A program made the translations under genes and the position numbers. DNA of 50,322 nt from an uncultured Bacilli bacterium (GTDB taxonomy: Bacteria; Bacillota_I; Bacilli_A; RF39; UBA660), in the NCBI GenBank assembly GCA_947626425.1, contig CANQRX010000002.1, positions 1-50,322 of the forward strand, written 5' to 3'. The notes under the pieces are model-generated. The model saw only the letters and a program-made list of their open reading frames with translations. It did no database searches and was not told the origin of the DNA. This document shows positions 18,253 to 27,401 of this stretch, piece after piece (positions within the stretch are counted from its first letter, which is position 1; every line of letters starts with the position of its first letter).

Positions 18253-18768
18253 ATGACTGAAAAATTTGCAAAATTAATGGTAGGTTTATTTGGAACTTGG
18301 ACCTCTACTTTATACGGAAAATATATTATCGTTTTTATTTTATCAATGATTCCCATCTTAGAATTAAGAGGTGGCTTAATTGCTGCTTCCATACTTAATT
18401 TACCAATGTGGCAAAGTTTACTTATTTGTTTTATCGGAAATTTAATTCCTGTCCCTTTAATTTTGTGGTTTATTATGCCTTTATTCGAACGTTTAAAAAA
18501 AAGGAAATTTTTAAAATCGTTTGTAACTAAAATCGAAAAAAAAGCTAATAATAAAAAGGACCAGATTGAAAGATTAAAATATATTGGTTTATTTTTCTTT
18601 GTAGGAGTACCTTTGCCAGGAACAGGAGCTTGGACAGGTAGTTTAATCGCAGCTTTTTTAGGATTAGATAAAAAGAAATCCTTGATAGCTACAAGCTTAG
18701 GAGTGTTAATGGCAGGTATTATCATGCTTTTAGTATCATACGGTGTACTTGGAAATTTAATTAGATAA
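18253..18768 (+). CDS. Small membrane protein of the COG2426 / small multidrug export (PF06695-like) family
   Basis: IPILELRGGL and GVPLPGTGAWTGSLIAAFLG motifs, with 4-5 TM helices. Confidence 0.6.
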   Translation: MTEKFAKLMVGLFGTWTSTLYGKYIIVFILSMIPILELRGGLIAASILNLPMWQSLLICFIGNLIPVPLILWFIMPLFERLKKRKFLKSFVTKIEKKANNKKDQIERLKYIGLFFFVGVPLPGTGAWTGSLIAAFLGLDKKKSLIATSLGVLMAGIIMLLVSYGVLGNLIR

Positions 18769-18782
18769 GGAGAATTTAAATT

Positions 18783-19349
18783 ATGAAAACAATAAATGTA
18801 AGTGTTGGCATAAGTAATCGTCATGTTCATTTAACTAAAGAAGTTTATGAATCTTTATTTCATGATGAATGCTTAGCAGAAAGAAAATTAAATCAGCCAG
18901 GCGAATATGTTACAAGTCATTTTGTAACTTTAAAAGGACCAAAAGGAACAATTGAACATGTTCGAGTTATGGGACCCACTAGGGTCTATAATCAAGTAGA
19001 AGTTTCTTATTCAGATGCTTTTGAATTAGGCGTAAATCCGCCTGTTGTTAGAAGTGGCAATTTAGAAAATGCTGAAGATATAACAATAATTTATGAAAAT
19101 AAAGAAATTGTTTTAGAAAAATCCTGCATCATTGCGGAAAGTCATCTTCATATGAATCCTATAGACGCCAAAAAAATGGGTTTTGTTGATAAACAAATTG
19201 TACCAATAAAAATAAATTCAGTTCGGAAAGGAACAATTGAAGCTTTTGTTAAGATAACCCCAAATGGTTTTTTTGAACTTCATATTGACCGCGACCAAGC
19301 CAATTGTTTCTTATTAAAAAATAATGATCTTGTGGAAGCAAAATTATGA
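18783..19349 (+). CDS. pduL: Phosphate propanoyltransferase PduL
   Basis: Duplicated PduL motifs: GISNRHVHLTKEVYESLF, VRVMGPTR..QVEVSYSDAFELG, ESHLHMNPIDA, and ELHIDRDQAN. Confidence 0.8.
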   Translation: MKTINVSVGISNRHVHLTKEVYESLFHDECLAERKLNQPGEYVTSHFVTLKGPKGTIEHVRVMGPTRVYNQVEVSYSDAFELGVNPPVVRSGNLENAEDITIIYENKEIVLEKSCIIAESHLHMNPIDAKKMGFVDKQIVPIKINSVRKGTIEAFVKITPNGFFELHIDRDQANCFLLKNNDLVEAKL

Positions 19350-20323
19350 GTTTTTTTATCAAAAATGTCGAAATTAAAAATCCTGTTTGTCTAGCACCCA
19401 TGGCTGGTTATTCAAATACCAGTTTTCGGAAAATAATTAAGCAAATGGGGGCTGGTTTAATTTTTTGCGAAATGGTTAGCGATAAAGCTTTAGTTTATCA
19501 AAATGCCAAAACCCTAAAAATGTTAAAAATGAGTGAAGAAGAACGGCCAATTGCCCAACAAATATTTGGAAGTGATATCCCATCTTTCGTTGGAGCTGCC
19601 AAAATTGTGGAAGAAAAAATGAAGCCTGATATTATTGATATTAATATGGGTTGTCCTGTTCCTAAAGTTGCAATCGGGGCTCAAGCGGGAAGTGCTTTAT
19701 TAAAAGACCCTGACAAAATATATGAAATAGTGAAATCTGTTGTTGAAAATGTTGATGTTCCCGTAACTGTAAAAATAAGAAGTGGTTGGGACGAACAACA
19801 TATAAATGCAGTATTAGTTGCCAAAAAAATCGAACAAGCTGGAGCTAGTGCTATTACAATCCATGCTAGAACAAGAAGTCAAGGTTATTCCGGTAAAGCA
19901 GATTGGAATATTATAAAACAAGTAAAAGAAAGTGTAAAAATTCCCGTCATTGGCAATGGTGATGTAACAACACCTTTTTTAGCCAAAAAAATGCTTGATG
20001 AAACCGGTTGCGATGGGGTAATGATAGGCCGAGGTGCCCTAGGGAACCCTTGGTTAATCAAAGAATGCGTTGCCTATATAGAAAATAAAGAAATTTTACC
20101 ACCAGTTTCTAATCAAGAAAAAATAGCTATGATGAAATATCATTTTGAATTATTAAAACAAGATAAATCTTTAGAAGTGGCTTTATTAGAAATAAGATCA
20201 AATATATTATTTTATTTAAAAGGAATGCCTAATAATAAAGAAATAAAAAATAAAATTTGTAATTGTCACACTGAACAAGAAATTTTTGCAGTTTTAGATG
20301 AATACAAAAAATCTTTAGAATAA
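19346..20323 (+). CDS. dusB: tRNA-dihydrouridine synthase (DusB-type)
   Basis: LAPMAGYSNTSFR, DINMGCPV, VTVKIRSGW, ITIHARTR and GNGDV motifs of the Dus TIM barrel. Confidence 0.85.
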   Translation: MSFFIKNVEIKNPVCLAPMAGYSNTSFRKIIKQMGAGLIFCEMVSDKALVYQNAKTLKMLKMSEEERPIAQQIFGSDIPSFVGAAKIVEEKMKPDIIDINMGCPVPKVAIGAQAGSALLKDPDKIYEIVKSVVENVDVPVTVKIRSGWDEQHINAVLVAKKIEQAGASAITIHARTRSQGYSGKADWNIIKQVKESVKIPVIGNGDVTTPFLAKKMLDETGCDGVMIGRGALGNPWLIKECVAYIENKEILPPVSNQEKIAMMKYHFELLKQDKSLEVALLEIRSNILFYLKGMPNNKEIKNKICNCHTEQEIFAVLDEYKKSLE

Positions 20324-20348
20324 TGACTAATATAGATGGAGGCAAAAT

Positions 20349-21206
20349 ATGATTGATTTTACAAATGCTAAAGAAGAAATGAATAGTTATAAAGGTTCAG
20401 AAAAAAAGAAAACTTTAATTTATGACAATAAAAGATATTTAGTGAAATTTCCTGATCCAATAAGAAAAAAAAATAAAAATATTTCTTACATAAATAACGC
20501 TTTTTCTGAATATGTTGGAAGTAATATATTTAAGCTGGTGGGTTTTGAAACCCAAAATACAATATTGGGAGTTTATAAATATAATGATAAAGTTAAAATT
20601 GTATGTGCTTGTGAAGATTTTACTGATAAAAATCATGAATTATATGAGTTTGAAAATTTAGTTTTAAGTAGCAATCCTGATAAACAAATTAAAACAGAAT
20701 TAAAAGATATATTAGAAGTAATAGAAAATAGCAAATTATTAAATAAAAAAGATATAATTGAAAAATTTTGGGATATGTTTGTGATTGATAGTTTAATTGG
20801 CAATCCAGATCGCCATAATGGAAATTGGGGTTTTTTAGTAAACAAGCAAACAAATGATATTAAATTTTCACCAATTTTTGATTGTGGTTCGTGTTTAAAT
20901 CCGATGTTAGAAGATGAAGAATTACAAAAACTAACTGAAACAGAATTAAAAAATATAGCTATTAATTGTTATTCATGTTTTACTCAAAATAATAAAAAAA
21001 TAAATTATTTTTTATATATTAAAAGTTTAAAAAATGAAAATTGCAATAAAGCTATTACTCGTAATTTTAAAAAAATTGATATAAATGAAATTAACAATTT
21101 TTTAGATAATATGGATTTAATATCAAATGTTAGAAAAGAATTTTATAAAAAAATTATTAATTTAAGATATGAGATATTAAAAAAAGTTTTTAATGTTTTA
21201 AATTAA
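20349..21206 (+). CDS. HipA-C-like kinase domain protein
   Basis: DSLIGNPDRHNGNWGFL and SPIFDCGSCL resemble the HipA/CtkA catalytic loop (D-x-H-x-x-N) and the following D-x-G region. No adjacent HipB-like gene. Confidence 0.5.
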   Translation: MIDFTNAKEEMNSYKGSEKKKTLIYDNKRYLVKFPDPIRKKNKNISYINNAFSEYVGSNIFKLVGFETQNTILGVYKYNDKVKIVCACEDFTDKNHELYEFENLVLSSNPDKQIKTELKDILEVIENSKLLNKKDIIEKFWDMFVIDSLIGNPDRHNGNWGFLVNKQTNDIKFSPIFDCGSCLNPMLEDEELQKLTETELKNIAINCYSCFTQNNKKINYFLYIKSLKNENCNKAITRNFKKIDINEINNFLDNMDLISNVRKEFYKKIINLRYEILKKVFNVLN

Positions 21207-21221
21207 ACATAATAAAACATC

Positions 21222-21250
21222 TTGAAAAAAGAAAGTTATTAACTTATAAT
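21222..21250 (+). promoter_or_regulatory. Sigma-A-type promoter TTGAAA-N17-TATAAT
   Basis: Read directly. Nearly identical to 46466-46494. Confidence 0.6.
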
Positions 21251-21280
21251 TTTAATAGAAAATAGGAAGGAAAAAGATAA

Positions 21281-22661
21281 ATGAAAATAGAAAATTATAA
21301 GTTAAAAACAAGTAAAAAAGCAAAAATATTGATTGGAAGTATGGTAGGAATAATGGCTCTAGGGGGGGGGGTATCTACTAAATAAAAGTTTAGGAAAATA
21401 CCAAGTCGAACAAAGTTTTCCCATAATGAATGGGAAAATTCAAGCAAACAGTGGTGATGTTTCAATCATTGCTATTAAAGTTGATGGAGCTGTAGTAGAT
21501 GAAATTCCAGCTAAAGGTTCAGGAAAATATTTTGAAAGTGCGGAATGTTCAAATGGAGCTACGGGATCATGGGATCGAACGAATTGGCAATTTTTATTAA
21601 ATACAACCAAAAAAACCAAATGTACATTAAATTTTACAACAACAAAAAGTACAACTGGTGAACAAAGTGGTGCAAGTAAAATGGAAGATTTATTATCTCA
21701 AGAAGAAGATAAAGGATCAGGAATAACTATTGTCAGTGATGATAATAACATTAGATATATTGGTCAAAATCCTAGTAACTATATTTATTTTAATTGTAAA
21801 GATAGTACAACTCAAAACGCCGAAAATTGTGAAACATGGCGAATAATAGGATTAATGGATGGAATAAAAACCAAAGCCGGAAAAACGGAAAGATTGTTAA
21901 AAATCATAAGAGAAAAATTACCTGTTTCTTTAAGTTGGGACTCATCTGCTTCTAGTGTAAATCAAGGCTATGGAGTAAATGAATGGAGTCAAGCAGATTT
22001 AATGACTGTCTTAAATGGCGATTATTTTAAAGGCCAAAAAGGAACTGATAAATGTTATAGTAGTTCTGGCGTATCAACAACAGACTGTCCAGATTGGATC
22101 CAGTATGGTTTAAAAAAATCAGCCCAAGATATGATCGAAGAAGTGGTTTGGAATACGGGAACGGCCGCAGTAACAGAAAACACTTGGGAAAAAGGAAATA
22201 TGCCAGTAGTTCAATATATATGGGAACGAAGTGATTTTACAGGAAAGCAATGTAATGGTGGAAGTTATTGTAACGACGATGTTCAAAGACAAACCACATG
22301 GGAAGGCAAAGTAGGTTTGATGTATCCATCGGACTATGGTTATGCCACCGATGGTGGGAAAGACCAAGTGAAAAGAATGCAATGTTTATATACACCATTA
22401 TATGATTGGAATGATAACAGTAATTGTTATAGTAATGATTGGCTATATGATAGTCAAAATTATCAATGGACAATGACTCCTGCGCCGTATTCTTCGTATG
22501 CTAGCGCTGTGTTCATTGTCCACGCAATCGGGCGTGTCTACTACCGCAATGCCTACAATGCTAACGCGGCTCGCCCCGTCGTTTATTTAAAGTCTTCGGT
22601 AAAAATTACTGGGGGGACAGGCTCTGATTCTGATCCATTTCAATTAAAATTAGAAGAATAA
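21281..22661 (+). CDS. Phase-variable surface protein with C-terminal lectin-like domain; currently frameshifted (OFF) at a G10 tract
   Basis: ATG 21281 encodes MKIENYKLKTSKKAKILIGSMVGIMALGGG, then stops at 21383-21385. With G9, the frame continues YLLNKSLGKYQVEQSFPIMNGKIQ.. into ORF 21426-22661. The C-terminal domain (WRIIGL, YPSDYGYAT, RPVVYLKS) is shared with 39851-41695 and 46537-47938. Confidence 0.7.
21362..21371 (+). repeat. Homopolymeric G10 tract inside signal-anchor codons
   Basis: Counted directly as 10 consecutive G in a roughly 30% GC genome. It encodes the GGG at the end of the TM helix. Confidence 0.9.
22478..22583 (+). other. DGR variable-region-like segment (GC-rich, A-poor) at the 3' end of 21281-22661
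   Basis: About 56% G+C by hand count. AAY/TAY codons are interspersed with A-free codons (..cgc aat gcc tac aat gct aac gcg gct cgc ccc gtc gtt). Confidence 0.45.
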
Positions 22662-22734
22662 TAAAATTTTTAAACTTTGCTAATTCAAACTACTTCTTTT
22701 GTGATATAATCTTCTTAAGAATAGGGGTTAGATT

Positions 22735-23448
22735 ATGGAAGAATTAAAATTAAAAATGAAAGAATTAGAACTTTTAACATTAACACTCACTGATATTTAT
22801 TATAAATATGATATGATTTTAAGCAAAATCAAAGAAATTGAAGAATTATTAAAGAAAACTGAATATCAAGAGCATTATAAAATAATAATATGGCTTAAAA
22901 AAATTGGTGAAGATATAGCTAATTTTAAAAACGAAGAAATTTTAGTTGATAAAGAATTTAAATTAAAATTAGAAAATTTAGTTCATTTTTTAGTAAAATA
23001 TGACAAAATTTCGCAAAAACTTATTGATATAGATTTAGCTAAAAACGAAAAAATAAAAAAACAAATTAATAATTTATATCAAAGTTTGTTTCATAATCAA
23101 ACATTACTAATTAAAGAAGAGGCTGTTGATATTGATTTTGATAGTATAGTTCCTTATTTTAAAGAACAAGCAAATCATGATTTAAATTTTAAAATAAAAA
23201 TTAATTTAGATACAAAATTTTATTTGGATAGTGATTTTAAGGGTGTTTATACAACTTGCTTATATAATCCACGTTTAAAAAGAGATATAGTTGGTTATAG
23301 TCTAATAAAAGATAGCAAAATTACTGAAGTTTTTGATATTGAAAAAGTAAAGGAACTTTTAACATCTTCTTGGAAAATTTTAGGAGTTAAATTATCTTGT
23401 CAAAATATCTTTGAAGGTTGGTGTCTTTTAAAAGATATATCTATGTAA
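22735..23448 (+). CDS. Hypothetical cytoplasmic protein (K/E-rich helical N-terminal half)
   Basis: 237-aa ORF with no signal peptide or recognisable motif. Confidence 0.45.
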   Translation: MEELKLKMKELELLTLTLTDIYYKYDMILSKIKEIEELLKKTEYQEHYKIIIWLKKIGEDIANFKNEEILVDKEFKLKLENLVHFLVKYDKISQKLIDIDLAKNEKIKKQINNLYQSLFHNQTLLIKEEAVDIDFDSIVPYFKEQANHDLNFKIKINLDTKFYLDSDFKGVYTTCLYNPRLKRDIVGYSLIKDSKITEVFDIEKVKELLTSSWKILGVKLSCQNIFEGWCLLKDISM

Positions 23449-23465
23449 AGCCCTTTAATCACTTT

Positions 23466-24311
23466 TTAAATGATTCGATAACAATATATTGAAGGTATAT
23501 TAAATAATCTTACCGAAAAGTTTTGAGTACCTATACCATTATTGACAAAAACAACTGAATTATGATATTTGTACTCTCCTTTTTGAAATTCTTTGGTGTG
23601 AGTGTTATTAATTAACCCGCCAATCCCTGGCAATCTTACTAATCCTCCTAAAGAATGTCCACTGAAAAGATAATCGACCTTATCACTAATTTTTGTAATA
23701 ACTTCCGGTTCATGGCTTAAAAATAACTGTAAGCCTTCCTTTTTTTCTTGCATTAATTTTTCATAGTCCGGTGTAAATCGCGAAATAGAAGATATTCCAT
23801 TAATATAAATAGGCGTGTTTCCTTGATAAAAAATTGTTTTTCTTTCTCCATCTAAAATTGTGAAACCAGCTTCATTCATAATTTCCTTATAAAGATCAAC
23901 TTTGTCAGCATCATAATCACCAATCACCGCAAATTTATTTAATGATGCAGAAATGTTTTTTAAAGTCTTTTTTAAAAAGGCAATATTATTTTCCGATAAA
24001 GTAATATAGGTATCAAAAAGGTCACCTGAAAATAAAACTAAATCAGGTTTTGTTTCATTTATTTTAGTAACTACTTTTTCTAATTCTTTTTCATTTGTCG
24101 TTCGGCCAAAATGAATATCCGAAAAATGTGTAATTGTAAATCCTTTAAAAGAACTTGGAATAGCATTACTTGTTAAATTAAAATCTTTAACAATGACTAA
24201 TTTTGGTTCAATATAATGCATATAACTATATATTAAAATAATTATTAAAAATAATATAATTAAGTATTTTTTAAAAAAATGCTTTTTTTTACTTTCTTGT
24301 ATTTCTTCCAT
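23466..24311 (-). CDS. Membrane-anchored metallophosphoesterase (YkuE-like)
   Basis: AGGAG RBS before MEEIQ. One TM helix, then the HFSDIHFG, FSGDLFD and GHSLGG calcineurin-like phosphoesterase motifs. Confidence 0.8.
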   Translation of the reverse strand: MEEIQESKKKHFFKKYLIILFLIIILIYSYMHYIEPKLVIVKDFNLTSNAIPSSFKGFTITHFSDIHFGRTTNEKELEKVVTKINETKPDLVLFSGDLFDTYITLSENNIAFLKKTLKNISASLNKFAVIGDYDADKVDLYKEIMNEAGFTILDGERKTIFYQGNTPIYINGISSISRFTPDYEKLMQEKKEGLQLFLSHEPEVITKISDKVDYLFSGHSLGGLVRLPGIGGLINNTHTKEFQKGEYKYHNSVVFVNNGIGTQNFSVRLFNIPSIYCYRII

Positions 24312-24320
24312 GGGCAACTC

Positions 24321-25016
24321 CTAAAACAAATTTAAAATTAAAATTAAGCCAATTGTTAAGGCATTATGAAAAATATGGCTTATTATACTTGTATAAATAC
24401 AATCTGTTTCATAATAAGCATTTGCAAAAAAATAACCTAAACTTCCATAAGGTAAAATATAGACAATTTCCTTAAAAAATTGAAGCATATTTGTTAAATC
24501 AAGATTATTAATAACGTGTCCTAATCCAAAAAGAAAAGCTGTAAAAATTAAAAATGCTTGTTTATTTTTAAAAGCTTTTTTAAAACTTTTTCGAAAAACA
24601 ATTTCTTCTAAAATAGGTCCTAAAATAACCATAGCTATAACAGACAAAAATAAATAATTTTCTAAAAATTCACGATTTTGTTGTTCATTAACGGGCATAT
24701 TATTATTGAAAAAAGCAAGTATCAAAATATTAAAAAGAACCATAAATAAAAAACCTTTTAACCAATTTTTTAAAGCAATTTTGCCAAATTTTTGCCAATT
24801 TTTAGTAAAATTATGCCATTCGTTAATTAAACTTTTACGATACATAAAAAAGATAATAAAAAATTCAATAAGATAAATAATTACATTTAAAAGCGCTAAA
24901 TTAATCGCTGATGTATCTTTAAAAAAAATGACAACACCAAGCCCAACAAACATCGGAATTATTATTAAGTAAAGAATTATTGTTCCAAAACCTTTGCCTA
25001 ATTCTTTAAAATTCAT
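24321..25016 (-). CDS. CPBP-family intramembrane glutamic endopeptidase (CAAX protease/Abi)
   Basis: Polytopic membrane protein with EEIVFR, FGLGH and HIFHN motifs. Confidence 0.8.
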   Translation of the reverse strand: MNFKELGKGFGTIILYLIIIPMFVGLGVVIFFKDTSAINLALLNVIIYLIEFFIIFFMYRKSLINEWHNFTKNWQKFGKIALKNWLKGFLFMVLFNILILAFFNNNMPVNEQQNREFLENYLFLSVIAMVILGPILEEIVFRKSFKKAFKNKQAFLIFTAFLFGLGHVINNLDLTNMLQFFKEIVYILPYGSLGYFFANAYYETDCIYTSIISHIFHNALTIGLILILNLF

Positions 25017-25144
25017 TTTCTCACCTTCTATTAACTAAATTAATATTACCATACATATAATGAAATTTAAAGTTTTAAAAAGTAAAGTAGTTGAAAAATA
25101 ATGATAATTTTGATAAAGTTATATTAAGAATTGAGGCGAAGATA

Positions 25145-25897
25145 ATGAAAGGAAAAGCCGTGTTAATTTTATTATTTATAATTATTTTGTCATGTCATCA
25201 AGTAAATGCTGAATGCAACAATAATTTACGAAGTGAAGCTGCCAATGTAACTGCTAATTATGTATTGGGGGAAGTAGTTGTAGATAATAAAGGGGTTGAA
25301 CACCCTGAACTAGATGTGGAAAAAATTAAAGAAGAAATTCAAAACAGTGCCGTCGCAGAAAATTTATCAACAAGTGATTATACAATTGTCGATATCGTTT
25401 TATTAAAAGTTTATAATATTACAAAAAATTTATATGTGACTGTTGAAGAAAGTACGGAAAACACCTTAGATACTTACTATTACGAAAATACAAACGATGG
25501 TGAATTGACCATCCGAGTACCAGACACCGATAAAATTCGTGATTATAAAGTTCGCATTTTTTCTAACGACAATTCTTGTCTAAATGAAGAAATTACCTCT
25601 TTGCCTTCGGTCAAAACGCCAATGTATAACCCTTATTCTGAATATGAAATTTGTTTAAACCAAACTAAATATTATTGTCAACCATATGTAACTACCGAGA
25701 TCACAATCACCGAAGAACAACTGTTTGCTGAATTATACAAAGAAGATGAAAACAATAATAACAATTCAGAAATTAACCAAAAAGAAAATATTGTGGTAAA
25801 AATTTTGAAAATTGGGTTACCAATCGGAATTGGCATACTGGCTTTAATTGTAGCAATTATATCAATTAGTAAAAAAGATAGGAGGAGTGACAAATGA
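25145..25897 (+). CDS. Type-I membrane protein, paralog 1 of 3 (signal peptide, 4 conserved Cys, C-terminal TM anchor)
   Basis: MKGKAVLILLFIIILSCHQVNA/ECNNNLRSEAANV.., conserved ..KTPMYNPYSEYEICLNQTKYYCQPYVTTEIT.., and a C-terminal TM helix plus basic tail. The TTG-extended start in the ORF track is unlikely. Confidence 0.7.
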   Translation: MKGKAVLILLFIIILSCHQVNAECNNNLRSEAANVTANYVLGEVVVDNKGVEHPELDVEKIKEEIQNSAVAENLSTSDYTIVDIVLLKVYNITKNLYVTVEESTENTLDTYYYENTNDGELTIRVPDTDKIRDYKVRIFSNDNSCLNEEITSLPSVKTPMYNPYSEYEICLNQTKYYCQPYVTTEITITEEQLFAELYKEDENNNNNSEINQKENIVVKILKIGLPIGIGILALIVAIISISKKDRRSDK

Positions 25898-26628
25898 AAA
25901 AAATCGGTTATTTAATTTTAGCAATATTTTGTTTATCGGCCAAAAATGTGGTAGCAGAGTGTAATCTCGATTTAAGAACTCAAGCAGCCAATGTCAAAAC
26001 AAACTATGTTATGAGTGAAATAGTTCTTGATGAATTTGGTAATGAAGTAACAAATATAAGTGTTGAAGAGGCCAAAAAAGACATTGAAGCCCATCAAGTT
26101 GCTGAAAATGTTAATACAAGTAAGTATTCTATATCAGAAATAGTTCTTTTAAAAATTTATAATTTAACAGATAAATTGTATGTGACTGTAAACGAAAGTA
26201 AAAGTAATACTTTAACTACCTATCATTACCAAGATTCTAATAATGGCGAAATAACTATAAAAGTTCCTGATGTTGATACAATTCGGGAATACAAAGTTCG
26301 CGTCTTTTCTAATGATACATCTTGTTTAGGAGAGGAAATATCATCTCCACCTTCCGTAAAAACCCCAATGTATAATCCTTATTCCGAATATGAAGTATGT
26401 TTAAATCAATCAAAATATTACTGTCAGCCTTATGTAACAACTGAAATAACTACTAATGAAGAAGATATTTTTAATGAATTATATAAAGATGAGGCTGTAA
26501 CAGACGAGGAAGAACAAGTTAAAACTAATTATTGGAAATCTTTAAAAGTGATAATTCCTTTTCTAACTGTTTTGATCTTATTAGGAGCAATTGGTTATAT
26601 ATATTTTAAGAAAAAAGGAAAAAAATAA
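25894..26628 (+). CDS. Type-I membrane protein, paralog 2 of 3
   Basis: Start overlaps the previous stop (translational coupling). Same architecture and conserved blocks as paralog 1. Confidence 0.7.
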   Translation: MKKIGYLILAIFCLSAKNVVAECNLDLRTQAANVKTNYVMSEIVLDEFGNEVTNISVEEAKKDIEAHQVAENVNTSKYSISEIVLLKIYNLTDKLYVTVNESKSNTLTTYHYQDSNNGEITIKVPDVDTIREYKVRVFSNDTSCLGEEISSPPSVKTPMYNPYSEYEVCLNQSKYYCQPYVTTEITTNEEDIFNELYKDEAVTDEEEQVKTNYWKSLKVIIPFLTVLILLGAIGYIYFKKKGKK

Positions 26629-26642
26629 AAGAGGAGAAGCTT

Positions 26643-27401
26643 ATGAAAAAAATACTTTTTTTATTAATTTTGATGATTTATCTTACGATAGATGTCAAAG
26701 CTACCTGTAATAATCAACTCCGTTCGCAGGCTGCCAATGTAAGTGTTAATTATGTTTTAGGGGAAGTTGCAATTACCGAAGATGGTGTTGAACACCCTGA
26801 AGTTGATCTTGAAGAATTAAGAAAAACTATTGCGGAAGGAGCGAAAATAGATCCCAACTTACGGGTAAGCGATTACTTAATTGCGGACATTGTCAATTTA
26901 AAAATTTATAATTTAACAGATAAATTATATGTAACTGTCGAAGAACAAGACGAAGGAATGATTGGCACTTTTACCTATGATGATGTAGTCGATGGCGAAA
27001 TTACAATTCGTGTTCCCGATACTGAAAAAATTCGAGAATATAAAGTTCGCGTCTTTTCTAATGATGAGAGCTGTAAGGATGAAGAAATAACATCACCTCC
27101 AGCCATTAAAACCCCAATGTATAACCCATACTCGGCTTATGAAATATGTGCTGATCAAAATGCCAATAAATATTATTGTCAAGATTATGTTGTAACTGAT
27201 GTAAATATTGATGAAGATGAATTATTTAAAAATTGGAATAATGGAAATGGTCAGAATGAAAATAATTTAAGCGACCAAACAAAAAGAACTTTTAAATTTC
27301 TCCTTTTATATGTTTTGCCTGTAACATTAATAATTTTGGTAATTTTTGTAGGTATTAAAATAAAAAGAAAGAAAAATAAAAATAAGGTTAATAATTTATA
27401 G
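26643..27401 (+). CDS. Type-I membrane protein, paralog 3 of 3
   Basis: GAGGAG RBS. Same architecture (TCNNQLRSQAANV.., KTPMYNPYSAYEICADQNANKYYCQDYV, C-terminal TM plus KRKKNKNK). Confidence 0.7.
   Translation: MKKILFLLILMIYLTIDVKATCNNQLRSQAANVSVNYVLGEVAITEDGVEHPEVDLEELRKTIAEGAKIDPNLRVSDYLIADIVNLKIYNLTDKLYVTVEEQDEGMIGTFTYDDVVDGEITIRVPDTEKIREYKVRVFSNDESCKDEEITSPPAIKTPMYNPYSAYEICADQNANKYYCQDYVVTDVNIDEDELFKNWNNGNGQNENNLSDQTKRTFKFLLLYVLPVTLIILVIFVGIKIKRKKNKNKVNNL

Noticed and set aside
18204-18830. 208-aa minus-strand ORF
   Set aside because: It is entirely antisense to the COG2426-like membrane protein gene (18253-18768) and the pduL start, both of which have recognisable family motifs and RBSs. 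Its sequence is low-complexity and has no RBS. It is a typical shadow ORF in AT-rich DNA.
25091-25144. TTG-initiated 18-codon extension of the first type-I membrane paralog
   Set aside because: ATG 25145 is preceded by a GAGG RBS and yields a canonical signal peptide like the two paralogs. The extension would bury that signal.
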